From an uncultured Thermoleophilaceae bacterium (lineage in GTDB: Bacteria; Actinomycetota; Thermoleophilia; Solirubrobacterales; Thermoleophilaceae): DNA of 40,000 nucleotides. The notes below the pieces were generated by a model. It did no database searches. It was given only the letters and a program-made list of their open reading frames with translations, and had not been told where the DNA came from. The translations under genes were made by a program, and so were the position numbers. This document shows positions 1 through 7,481 of this stretch, piece after piece. The first letter of the stretch is position 1, and each line of letters begins with the position of its first letter. The stretch covers positions 674,596-714,595 of the forward strand of contig CAVYZJ010000005.1 of the NCBI GenBank assembly GCA_963772945.1, read 5' to 3'.

Positions 1-344
1 GCTACCGCCCCCAGTCCGTCGATCGTGCGGCGGCGATGAAGGCACAGGTACGTTCGACGTTGCTTGAAGGCACGCCGATGCATCCGCGTGCCGTGGCGCT
101 CGCTGCGCTTGCTCACGCATCCGGCATGACGAATCAGCTGATGGACAAGCCGGAACGCAACATCGCCCGAGCAGCCGCGCAGAGACTCCCTGAGACCTTC
201 CAGGAGCTTGTGGAGGCCGGCGAACTGCCTTCGGACAATGTGGAGCTCTCCGACTCGCTGGACGAGTTCTGCAGCGGCCTCGGCGAATTCGTCGCCTCGA
301 CTTCGGACGCCGGCGACTCCGGGGGCGGAGACGGCAACGACTAA
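1..344 (+). CDS. C-terminal part of a GPP34/GOLPH3-like protein (5' end outside the window)
   Basis: The frame of ORF 36..344 stays open back to nt 3, so the gene probably starts upstream of the window. An Ala/Leu-rich helical segment (HPRAVALAALAHASGMT) followed by an acidic Gly/Asp tail resembles the C-terminus of actinobacterial GPP34-family proteins. Recognition is by eye only. Confidence 0.35.
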   Translation, partial: YRPQSVDRAAAMKAQVRSTLLEGTPMHPRAVALAALAHASGMTNQLMDKPERNIARAAAQRLPETFQELVEAGELPSDNVELSDSLDEFCSGLGEFVASTSDAGDSGGGDGND

Positions 345-381
345 AGGCGGCCACTGCCGGTAGGTGACTCGGTCGGACCGG

Positions 382-1281
382 CTACGCCGCCACGTGCGGC
401 TCGATGAGGCCGACGGCCACCAGCCGATGGTGACAAAGGTCTACGAGGTGCTCGCGCGTTGCGGGTGGGATGGCGTCGCCCCAGGCCTCGGTGGCATCCT
501 CGGAGCGCGCGAGCAGATCGTCGAGGAGCTCTCGGGAGGGCTGAGCCTCGACCAGGCAGCGCAGGCCGAAGCCGATGTGCCAGCGCTCGTCGAGCTCGAC
601 GCGTTCCACGCCCTCGCGCACCCCGGGCAGGGCATCGTCGGCCAGGTACTGGCGCAGCGCGTGATGCGCGGCGTCGAAGACGATCCCCTCGAGCACCATG
701 TGATAGAGGGCGACGCCGTCGCCCAACCCGGCGCGGCCATCCGCGAGCTCCGCGGACATGGCCGGCAGCCGCTCCTCGAAGAGCTCGAGCAGCGCGGGTG
801 GGACGTGGGGCCGGGCCGCTTCGCGCCGTTCGGCCGGGGTGGCTCCGGGCAGCCCGAGCACCTCGGCGGCGATGCGGTCGAACCACTGCGCGTGGCGATC
901 CTCGTCGCGGCGCTGCAGGAAGAAGACCCAGGCCATCAGGCTCTCCTGTGAGGCCAAAGTCGCGTTCCTGGCCACGTCGGCGAACGGCGTGATGTGCTCG
1001 GAGACCGCGTTCTCGGCCACACAGAAGCCGGCGAAAAGAGTCGTGAGGTGGCGGCGACGCTCATCCGGGAGCTCCGGCCAAGCACGCGCGTCAGGGGTGA
1101 GATCGATGGCCGCCGGATCCCACTGTAAGCGGGCCACGAGCTTGGAGAAGAACTTGGGCCAGAAGCCGCGCCTCGGGAGCACGAAGTGCCCGCCCCACGT
1201 GCGTTCCCAGAACACCTTGTCAGCCATAGGGTCGAAAAGAGTATCCACCCACGGCCCACTCGATATCGTTGCTCGCGCCAA
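382..1281 (-). CDS. Ferritin-like di-metal carboxylate protein, ribonucleotide reductase R2-like / R2-like ligand-binding oxidase family
   Basis: There are two EXXH motifs (DEDRH, DERWH) plus the two extra carboxylate segments (CVAENAV, VLEGIVF), spaced as in class I RNR beta subunits and R2lox proteins. The start is uncertain: TTG 1281 (track), GTG 1248 or ATG 1227. Confidence 0.7.
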   Translation of the reverse strand: MARATISSGPWVDTLFDPMADKVFWERTWGGHFVLPRRGFWPKFFSKLVARLQWDPAAIDLTPDARAWPELPDERRRHLTTLFAGFCVAENAVSEHITPFADVARNATLASQESLMAWVFFLQRRDEDRHAQWFDRIAAEVLGLPGATPAERREAARPHVPPALLELFEERLPAMSAELADGRAGLGDGVALYHMVLEGIVFDAAHHALRQYLADDALPGVREGVERVELDERWHIGFGLRCLVEAQPSRELLDDLLARSEDATEAWGDAIPPATREHLVDLCHHRLVAVGLIEPHVAA

Positions 1282-2291
1282 TGTTGGAGCGAAGCATGCT
1301 TCTCGGCGGGGATGTTCAGGCGCGCCGGCCCTCGACCCACGTGAGCCTCTCGCGCGTCGGCGTAACCGGCGTCGAGAAGGTCATCCGCGTTCGGTCGAAC
1401 GGAGCCGAGCAGCTGTTCTATGCGGAGCTCGAGTGTTTCGTCGATCTCGGACCGGAGCAGAAGGGCGCGCACATGTCACGCTTCGAGGAGATCGTCAACG
1501 AGGCGATCGACGAGGTGATCCTCGGGGAGGCCGCCTTCAGGGCTGAGACGCTCGCCTCGCACATCGCGGAGCGCGTCCGGGACCGCCAGGACGGCCGCCG
1601 TGCCGAGGTGACGATCGCGGCGCGCTACCCCGAGCACAAGCGGGCCCCGGTTTCCGGCCTGCCGACCCAGGAGATCTACACGCTGTTGGGGTCGGCTGTG
1701 GCGTCCGCGCGCGGCACCCGGCGGCTCGTCGGGGTCGAGGCGCAGGGCATGACGGCCTGCCCGTGCGCCCAGGAGCTCGTGATGGACCGCTCGCAGGAGC
1801 GGTTGCGGGAGGACGGCTTCACCGACGACGAGATAGCCCGCGTCTTCGAGGCCGTGCCCGTCGCCACGCACAACCAGCGCGGCATAGGCACGCTCCACAT
1901 CGGCTGCCCGGAGGCCTGCGAGGAGGCCCCCGATGCCGAGGCCCTGCTCGAGATCGTCGAGGGCGCCATGAGCTCCGAGATCTACGAGCTGATGAAGCGC
2001 TCGGACGAGGTCGAGGTGGTCGAGAAGGCGCACCTTCGTCCTCGCTTCGTCGAGGACTGCGTACGCGAGATGATCCGCATGGCCATAGATCGCTTCGCCC
2101 CGCTCGGCGAGGACGCGTTCGTGTCGGCGCGGCAGGAGAACCTCGAGACGATCCACAAGCACAACGTGGTGGCCGAGCGCCACGGCCTGCTCGGCGAGCT
2201 GCGGCGTGAGATCGACTCCGGCGAGCGGGTGGGTCACGACGTGACGAAGCGCGAGTGGCTCGAGGACGGGGCCGGCCCGCAGAAGCCCTAG
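1281..2291 (+). CDS. mptA: GTP cyclohydrolase of the FolE2/MptA family (GTP cyclohydrolase IV, first step of methanopterin pterin synthesis)
   Basis: Family hallmarks are GGDVQ near the N-terminus, KGAHMSRF, GMTACPCAQE and ATHNQRG. Context with mptG/mptN/DHPS-like genes favours MptA over FolE2. The start is ATG 1281 or ATG 1296; the track uses TTG 1269. Confidence 0.85.
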   Translation: MLERSMLLGGDVQARRPSTHVSLSRVGVTGVEKVIRVRSNGAEQLFYAELECFVDLGPEQKGAHMSRFEEIVNEAIDEVILGEAAFRAETLASHIAERVRDRQDGRRAEVTIAARYPEHKRAPVSGLPTQEIYTLLGSAVASARGTRRLVGVEAQGMTACPCAQELVMDRSQERLREDGFTDDEIARVFEAVPVATHNQRGIGTLHIGCPEACEEAPDAEALLEIVEGAMSSEIYELMKRSDEVEVVEKAHLRPRFVEDCVREMIRMAIDRFAPLGEDAFVSARQENLETIHKHNVVAERHGLLGELRREIDSGERVGHDVTKREWLEDGAGPQKP

Positions 2292-3628
2292 AGGTGATGC
2301 AGGTACTCGGCGATCTCCCAGTCTGAGACCCAGGCGCGGTGGCGCTCGGTCTCGGAGCGCTTGAGCGCGAGGAACGTCTCGATGAGCTGCGGACCGAAGC
2401 ACTCGCGCAGGACCTGGTCGCTCTCGAGGGCGTCGAGGGCTGCGTCGAGCGAGGCGGGTAGGGCCGGGCCGACCCGCAAGCGGTAGGCATCGCCGTGCAG
2501 GGGCGGCGGCGGAGTCAGTGCCTTGCGCACGCCGTCGGCGCCGGCGGCCAGCACGGCGGCGATCGCCAGATACGGGTTGGCGGCGCCGTCGGCCACCCGG
2601 ATCTCGATGCGCGTCGCGTCGCCACGCTCCGGAGGGATGCGGATGAACGTGGTCCGGTTATCCCAGCCCCAGTTGGCGTGCGTGGGCGCCAGCGAGTCGG
2701 GCTGGAGGCGCCGGTAGGCGTTGACGGTGGGATTGAGGAACGCCATGAGCCCCGCTGCGTGAGCGAGCACCCCGGCCGTGAACCCGTGCAGCTCGGCGCT
2801 CACGCCTTCCCTGTCTCCCGGCCCATCGAACGCGTTGCGCTCCTCCCGGTTCAGTGAGACGTGGAGGTGGGTGCCCGAGCCACCCTCGTCGTTGAAGGGC
2901 TTGCCCATGAAGGTGGCCACGAGGTCGTGCTGCGCCGCAATGTCCTTGACAGTGGACTTGAGACGGAACGCTCCATCGGCGGCCCGCAGGGCATCGGCGT
3001 GGCGCAGATTGATCTCGTACTGGCTGTTCATGAACTCGTGGTTGGAGGCGAGGACCCCCACCCCGAGTGAAGCCAGCGCCTCGGTCATCTCCTGCACGAT
3101 GCCGCCGGGATCCGCCCGGGGACCCACCGTGTAGACCATGCTCGGCTCATCGAGGCGCCGCCGGATGCCGTGTGTTGCCGCCGGATCGCGTCGAAGCAGG
3201 AAGAACTCGAGCTCGGGGCCGACGATCGGGTCGAGCCCGGTCGCCCTCAGGTTCTCCACGACCCGGCGCAGGCTCCCGCGCGGGTCCGGGATGGGCGCTC
3301 CCCCGGCGGCCGGCTCCAGGTTCGCCAGGCAGCTCGCCACGCCCGGCTCCCATGGCAGCGTGGCCATGGTCGACAGGTCCGGACGGGCGACGAGGTCGGG
3401 ATAGCCCTCGGCGCGGCCGGCGACCGGTGTGTGCCGCAGGTCTGTGCCCATCACCGCCGCGCAGAAGAACAGGCCGCTCTCGAGCACGTGGTCGAACTCC
3501 GCGATGGGCACCTCCTTGCCGCGCGGGACGCCGTGGAGGTCGGGAAAGAGCAGGCGGATCGCCGTGACCGGCGTGCCGGCTGGGCGTTCGGTCATGCCCT
3601 CCGCGCGCGGGGTCGTGAAATCGGTCAT
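2288..3628 (-). CDS. Glutamine synthetase family (type I-like, GlnA3/GlnA4/GmaS-like) gamma-glutamyl ligase
   Basis: GS catalytic-domain motifs are present: GPELEFFL, NHEFMNSQYEINLRH, KPFNDEGGSGTHLHVSL and IRIPPERGDATRIEIRVADGAANPYL. ATG 3628 directly abuts the TAG stop (3629-3631) of the upstream gene. The stop shares the palindrome CTAG (2288-2291) with the mptA stop. Confidence 0.85.
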   Translation of the reverse strand: MTDFTTPRAEGMTERPAGTPVTAIRLLFPDLHGVPRGKEVPIAEFDHVLESGLFFCAAVMGTDLRHTPVAGRAEGYPDLVARPDLSTMATLPWEPGVASCLANLEPAAGGAPIPDPRGSLRRVVENLRATGLDPIVGPELEFFLLRRDPAATHGIRRRLDEPSMVYTVGPRADPGGIVQEMTEALASLGVGVLASNHEFMNSQYEINLRHADALRAADGAFRLKSTVKDIAAQHDLVATFMGKPFNDEGGSGTHLHVSLNREERNAFDGPGDREGVSAELHGFTAGVLAHAAGLMAFLNPTVNAYRRLQPDSLAPTHANWGWDNRTTFIRIPPERGDATRIEIRVADGAANPYLAIAAVLAAGADGVRKALTPPPPLHGDAYRLRVGPALPASLDAALDALESDQVLRECFGPQLIETFLALKRSETERHRAWVSDWEIAEYLHHL

Positions 3629-4705
3629 CTAGGCCAGGTGAATGCTCTCGGCGCCGTGCATGCGCAGGTGGTCCAGAGCGGTGCCGCCGGCCTCGCGCAG
3701 GCGCAGCCGCTCGACCAGCGGGGCGTAGCGCCCGCCGGCCAGGCCGTCCGCCAGCACGGCCGCGCCCTGCGCCGCCGTCTTGACACCCGGCCCCAGGCCG
3801 CCGGGGGCACGCACGGCCGCCACCCCGGCGAGCCGCTCCCTCAGCCGATCGATCAGGCCGGGAGCGCGCGCCAGACGGCCGGCGACGAGAATCTCGCGCG
3901 GCGCGGGAACCGAGACCGTCAGGGCGAGCGTGGCCTTCACCGCGCCCTCCTCGAGCGCGAGCCATCCTGCGCGGTGGCCGGGATCGCCTCGCACCGACTC
4001 GAGCGCACCGGGAGCGGAAAGGTCGATCTGGCCGCGCGGATCCAGCGCCCCGCCGCTGAAGACGGTCTCCTTGGAGATCGCCGCTCCCATCAGGTTGGCC
4101 ACCTCCGCGTCGAGCGCCCCACACGAGCGACCGCCGATAGGGGCGCAGGAGCCGCCGACCCCGTCGACGATCTGCCCGCCGTCGACAGCAAGCGCGGCGC
4201 TGAAAGCGCCGCCAAGCTCGAGCATGATGAACGAGGTCTCGTCATAGGCCAGTCCGAGCCGGTCCGCCTGGTCGGTGATGCACAGCGCCGCGCCGGCGAC
4301 CTTGTCGGCCGTCCCGAGGTCGATTCGGTTCCACTTGCGGTGGTCCGGGACGGTAGGCAGGTGGATCACCCCCGGGCCGAAGACCAGTGGGAGCCCGGCG
4401 CCGATGAGCGCGCGGATCATCCCGCGCATGCCGCCGACGCCGGCGCGCGCGCCCGCCTGGTCGCTCCGCAGCAGCAGCATGAGCGAAAGCTCGCGCTCCC
4501 CGACCCGCTCGCCAGGCACGAGCGGCAGCCCGTAGCCGGCGGGGCCCAGCGCGAGGTCGAGGGGACCCTGAGCCACGAGCGCGTCCACCAGCGGCGCCGG
4601 GTCGAGCGCCAGATCAGCCGACCTGAAGCTCTGCTGCGACAGCACCTCGCCGCCGTCGAGCGCGCAGACGTCGATCGAGACGGTGCCGGGGTCCACCCCG
4701 GCCAC
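3629..4705 (-). CDS. Actin-like (ASKHA) ATPase-fold protein, DUF1464-like; conserved unknown
   Basis: The N-terminal phosphate-1 type motif is AGVDPGTVSID. Further segments are PTVPDHRKWNRIDLGTADK and IMLELGGAFSAALAVDGG, as in archaeal/methylotroph DUF1464 proteins (recalled). I prefer GTG 4705, which leaves 19 nt after the mtd stop. The track ATG 4759 would overlap mtd by 35 nt. Confidence 0.65.
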   Translation of the reverse strand: MAGVDPGTVSIDVCALDGGEVLSQQSFRSADLALDPAPLVDALVAQGPLDLALGPAGYGLPLVPGERVGERELSLMLLLRSDQAGARAGVGGMRGMIRALIGAGLPLVFGPGVIHLPTVPDHRKWNRIDLGTADKVAGAALCITDQADRLGLAYDETSFIMLELGGAFSAALAVDGGQIVDGVGGSCAPIGGRSCGALDAEVANLMGAAISKETVFSGGALDPRGQIDLSAPGALESVRGDPGHRAGWLALEEGAVKATLALTVSVPAPREILVAGRLARAPGLIDRLRERLAGVAAVRAPGGLGPGVKTAAQGAAVLADGLAGGRYAPLVERLRLREAGGTALDHLRMHGAESIHLA

Positions 4706-4724
4706 CCGCGGACCGTGCGGCAAC

Positions 4725-5588
4725 TCAGACGATCTCTTTGGCCACGGCGTAGACGCCATCGACGTTGAGCACGAGGTCGTTGCTCTCGAAGAGCCGGCGC
4801 ACGCAGGCCTTGTGCACCTTCATCTTCTGTCCGCCGATGGCCAGCGCGCCGAGGACGAGCTTGCCCTCCCGCTCGACGAGATCGTCCCCGGCCTCGGTGC
4901 CCTCGATCCCGAGCGGCTCCGCCGCGTTGTAGTCGGCCAGAACCTCAATCGTGGGATTCGCGCTCCACACGTCCTGGCGCAGCAGCTCGATGCCGGCCGG
5001 CCCGCTGGCCAAGACGATGTTCGCATCCTCCAGTGCCGCCTCCATCTCCGCTCGGTCGGCCGCCTCAACAGTGTCAAGCCCGATCCGCTCCGCCACCGCC
5101 ATCCCGCGCGGCTTGCGGTAGGAGTCAGTGCCGAGGACGTCGCCCGGGATGGTTGTGGCAAATACCTCGCAGCCCTCTTCCTTGAGCAGGACGGCGGACC
5201 GCAGGCCGACCGGCCCGACGCCCACGATCACCGCGCGCTTGCCGCTCAGGTCGCGGTCCTTTGCGATCAGCGCGACGGCCGTGGCCGCCGTGGTGTTGCA
5301 GCCGTCGGAATCGAGCATCGCGGACAGGCGGAAGGGGCCGAAGTACGCCCCCTCCACCTGCTCGAGAACCTCCTCGCCCGCGCCCACGTCCGACCCGCCG
5401 ACCCAGACCGCCATCGAGGAGTCGCCGGGAGCGCGCGTGAAGAACGCTCCCTGAACGAGCGCCTGTACCGCCTCCGGCGTCACGCTGCCGTGACTGAGCA
5501 GGACATCGACATCCGCGTCCTGGGCCACGATCGCGTCGAACGGGCTGGGATGTTGATCGGTGTCGAGCTGTAGAAGGACCTTCTTCAC
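4725..5588 (-). CDS. mtdB: NAD(P)-dependent methylene-tetrahydromethanopterin dehydrogenase (MtdA/MtdB family)
   Basis: The 287-aa protein is recognisable as MtdA/MtdB. Its N-terminal half reads LLQLDTDQHPSPFD...VWVGGSD and it has the Rossmann loop RAVIVGVGPVGLRSA. It lies between fae and H4MPT genes. The MtdB versus MtdA choice rests on context only. The start is GTG. Confidence 0.8.
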   Translation of the reverse strand: MKKVLLQLDTDQHPSPFDAIVAQDADVDVLLSHGSVTPEAVQALVQGAFFTRAPGDSSMAVWVGGSDVGAGEEVLEQVEGAYFGPFRLSAMLDSDGCNTTAATAVALIAKDRDLSGKRAVIVGVGPVGLRSAVLLKEEGCEVFATTIPGDVLGTDSYRKPRGMAVAERIGLDTVEAADRAEMEAALEDANIVLASGPAGIELLRQDVWSANPTIEVLADYNAAEPLGIEGTEAGDDLVEREGKLVLGALAIGGQKMKVHKACVRRLFESNDLVLNVDGVYAVAKEIV

Positions 5589-5615
5589 AGCGTGGGCCCG
5601 CGGCCCTGCGCGCGC

Positions 5616-6128
5616 CTAGCCCTCGACGCCGCCGGCGAACGGGTGCCGCGCCTCGGCCACCCCTTCGATCACGGTGCTCGCGGCGGGCTCGTTGGCCATC
5701 GCGCGCGCGATCGACTCCTTGGTGGCCTCGTAGTTGTAGTCGAAGATCTTCTTGTCGTCCTCGGCCAGCCAGTGGATGAAGACGCCCACGATGATGCAGA
5801 GGTCGTCGGCATCCGACTCGGAGATCACCCCGTCGCGCACCGAGTCGACGACGGCCCGTGCCACCGCCGCCTGGGCGGGCCCGAACATCTGCCCGACCTG
5901 CTTCTCACCCCTGATCGTCACCTTGTTCGCCATGAGCGTGTCGGGCTTCGCGGGCAGGTTGGGCGCGACCACGGCCAGCAGGTTCGTGTGGCCCTCCTTC
6001 TGGTTCAGGAGTGCAGCGGCGAACGCTTGGCCGACCGGCCCGTCCTTGGATCCGACCAATAGATCGATGTGAGCGACCTCGTTGCCGTCGCCGACAAGGG
6101 ACTCCCCGACCGACATGGACATGGCCAT
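5616..6128 (-). CDS. fae: Formaldehyde-activating enzyme (5,6,7,8-tetrahydromethanopterin hydro-lyase)
   Basis: The 170-aa protein has characteristic Fae segments [30 protein letters not shown] and [11 protein letters not shown] strong SD AAGGGAGGGG (minus strand, 6135-6144) lies 6 nt upstream of ATG 6128. Confidence 0.92.
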   Translation of the reverse strand: MAMSMSVGESLVGDGNEVAHIDLLVGSKDGPVGQAFAAALLNQKEGHTNLLAVVAPNLPAKPDTLMANKVTIRGEKQVGQMFGPAQAAVARAVVDSVRDGVISESDADDLCIIVGVFIHWLAEDDKKIFDYNYEATKESIARAMANEPAASTVIEGVAEARHPFAGGVEG

Positions 6129-6239
6129 CTAATTCCCCTCCCTTGGTGGTTCTCTCAGATTCGCGCGAAGGCTATCGCTACGGAGGCGGCCGGCGCAGGA
6201 CGGCTCGCCGGTCCCGCGTGGATATGCTCCGGCGCGCGG
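6129..6239. promoter_or_regulatory. Divergent control region between the fae operon (leftward) and the fhcBADC operon (rightward)
   Basis: This 111-nt non-coding gap is the largest within nt 1300-24000. Both flanking operons must initiate here. It contains the fae SD. Only weak -10-like hexamers are present (e.g. TAGCCT on the minus strand, TATGCT on the plus strand), so no promoter position is asserted. Confidence 0.4.
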
Positions 6240-7475
6240 ATGGCTGAGCACCTGGCGACCTGTGCCGGCTGCGGATGTGGATGTGACGACATCGAGGTCG
6301 CGGTAGCGGCCGGGGTGCTCGAGCGCGTGAGCCACACCTGCCCGATCGGCGACGCATGGTTCGCCGAGCGGACGGCCGAAGCGCCCGCGGTCGCCCGCGT
6401 CGACGGCGAGGAGGTGGACTTCACCGATGCGGTCGAGGCCGCGGCCGCGATCCTGGGCGATGCCCGGCTGCCGCTCGTTTGCGGCCTAGGCCAGACCGAT
6501 GTTGAGAGCCAGCGCGCGGCCGTGGCGCTGGCCGAGGCGATCGGCGGGGTGATCGATCCGGCGGGGGCCGGAGACGCCGGTGCGGCCTCGCAGACGATCG
6601 GTCTCAGCACGGCGACCTTCGGCGATGTTCGCGACCGCGCCGAGCTCGTCCTCGTCTGGCGGGCCGACCCGGCCGCCTCCCATCCCCGCCTGCTTCCGCG
6701 CCTGCGACTCGACCGCGCCGGGCGCGCAGGGCGCACGCTGGTGGTCATCGACGCTCACCGCACCGCAACCGCCGACGAGGCCGACGAGTTCATAGAGCTG
6801 CCGCCCGAGCTCGAGTTCGAGGCGAAGTGGGCCATGCGCGCGCTGGTGCGCGATGTCCCGCTCGACCGCGAGCTCGCGGCGCAGCTGCCGCTGGACGCCC
6901 TGGAGCAGCTCGCGGGCCGCCTCCGCGCGTGTCGCTACGGGGCGCTGCTGCACGGGGACGCGGGGTATGCGAACGCCCTGGCACTGCTCACGCTCGTGCG
7001 CGACCTGGCGGGCATCACGCACGTCGTCGCGCTGCCGCTGCGCCAGGACGGCAACGCGCGGGGCGCCGAGGACGTGCTCGCCTGGCAGACGGGATACCCG
7101 GCGGCCGTGAGCTTCGCGCGCGGGCATCCCCGCGCGCAGCCGGGGGAGTTCAGCGCCACCGGCCTGCTGGAGCGCGGTGAGCCGGACGCGGCGCTGGTCG
7201 TCGGCTTCGACGCGCTCTCCCACCTCCCGCCACGGGCCGCCGACCACCTGCGCCGGATCCCCACGATCGTCGTCGACCCGCGCGCCACCGAGACCGCAGC
7301 GGTGGCCCGAGTCGCGTTCGCGACGGCCGCGGCCGGGGTGCACCACGAAGGGACCGCCCATCGTATGGACGGAGTGCCGGTGTCCCTTCACCAGCCGCTG
7401 ACGTCCGACCGCGTGGGGGACGAGCAGGTGCTCGCCGCGATCGAGGCAGGCATCACCGGCGCAGGGGAGACCTAG
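6240..7475 (+). CDS. fhcB: Formyltransferase/hydrolase complex subunit B (formylmethanofuran dehydrogenase subunit B homologue)
   Basis: The N-terminal Cys cluster MAEHLATCAGCGCGCDD is typical of FwdB/FhcB. It is followed by fhcA, fhcD and fhcC. The track ORF (6069) was trimmed to the first ATG, at 6240. Confidence 0.8.
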   Translation: MAEHLATCAGCGCGCDDIEVAVAAGVLERVSHTCPIGDAWFAERTAEAPAVARVDGEEVDFTDAVEAAAAILGDARLPLVCGLGQTDVESQRAAVALAEAIGGVIDPAGAGDAGAASQTIGLSTATFGDVRDRAELVLVWRADPAASHPRLLPRLRLDRAGRAGRTLVVIDAHRTATADEADEFIELPPELEFEAKWAMRALVRDVPLDRELAAQLPLDALEQLAGRLRACRYGALLHGDAGYANALALLTLVRDLAGITHVVALPLRQDGNARGAEDVLAWQTGYPAAVSFARGHPRAQPGEFSATGLLERGEPDAALVVGFDALSHLPPRAADHLRRIPTIVVDPRATETAAVARVAFATAAAGVHHEGTAHRMDGVPVSLHQPLTSDRVGDEQVLAAIEAGITGAGET

Positions 7476-7481
7476 CGCGGC

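Noticed and set aside
3147-4768. Plus- and minus-strand long ORFs (3170..4768, 532 aa; 3147..4124, 325 aa) overlapping the GS-like and DUF1464-like genes
   Set aside because: They are out-of-frame or antisense readings of two genes with recognisable domains. The products are Arg/Pro/Gly-rich nonsense.
5589-5615. Small palindrome GGGCC-CGC-GGCCC between fae and mtd as a possible processing or attenuation site
   Set aside because: The stem is only 5 bp and sits in 27 nt of GC-rich spacer. Such palindromes occur by chance at this GC content, and nothing else supports a function.
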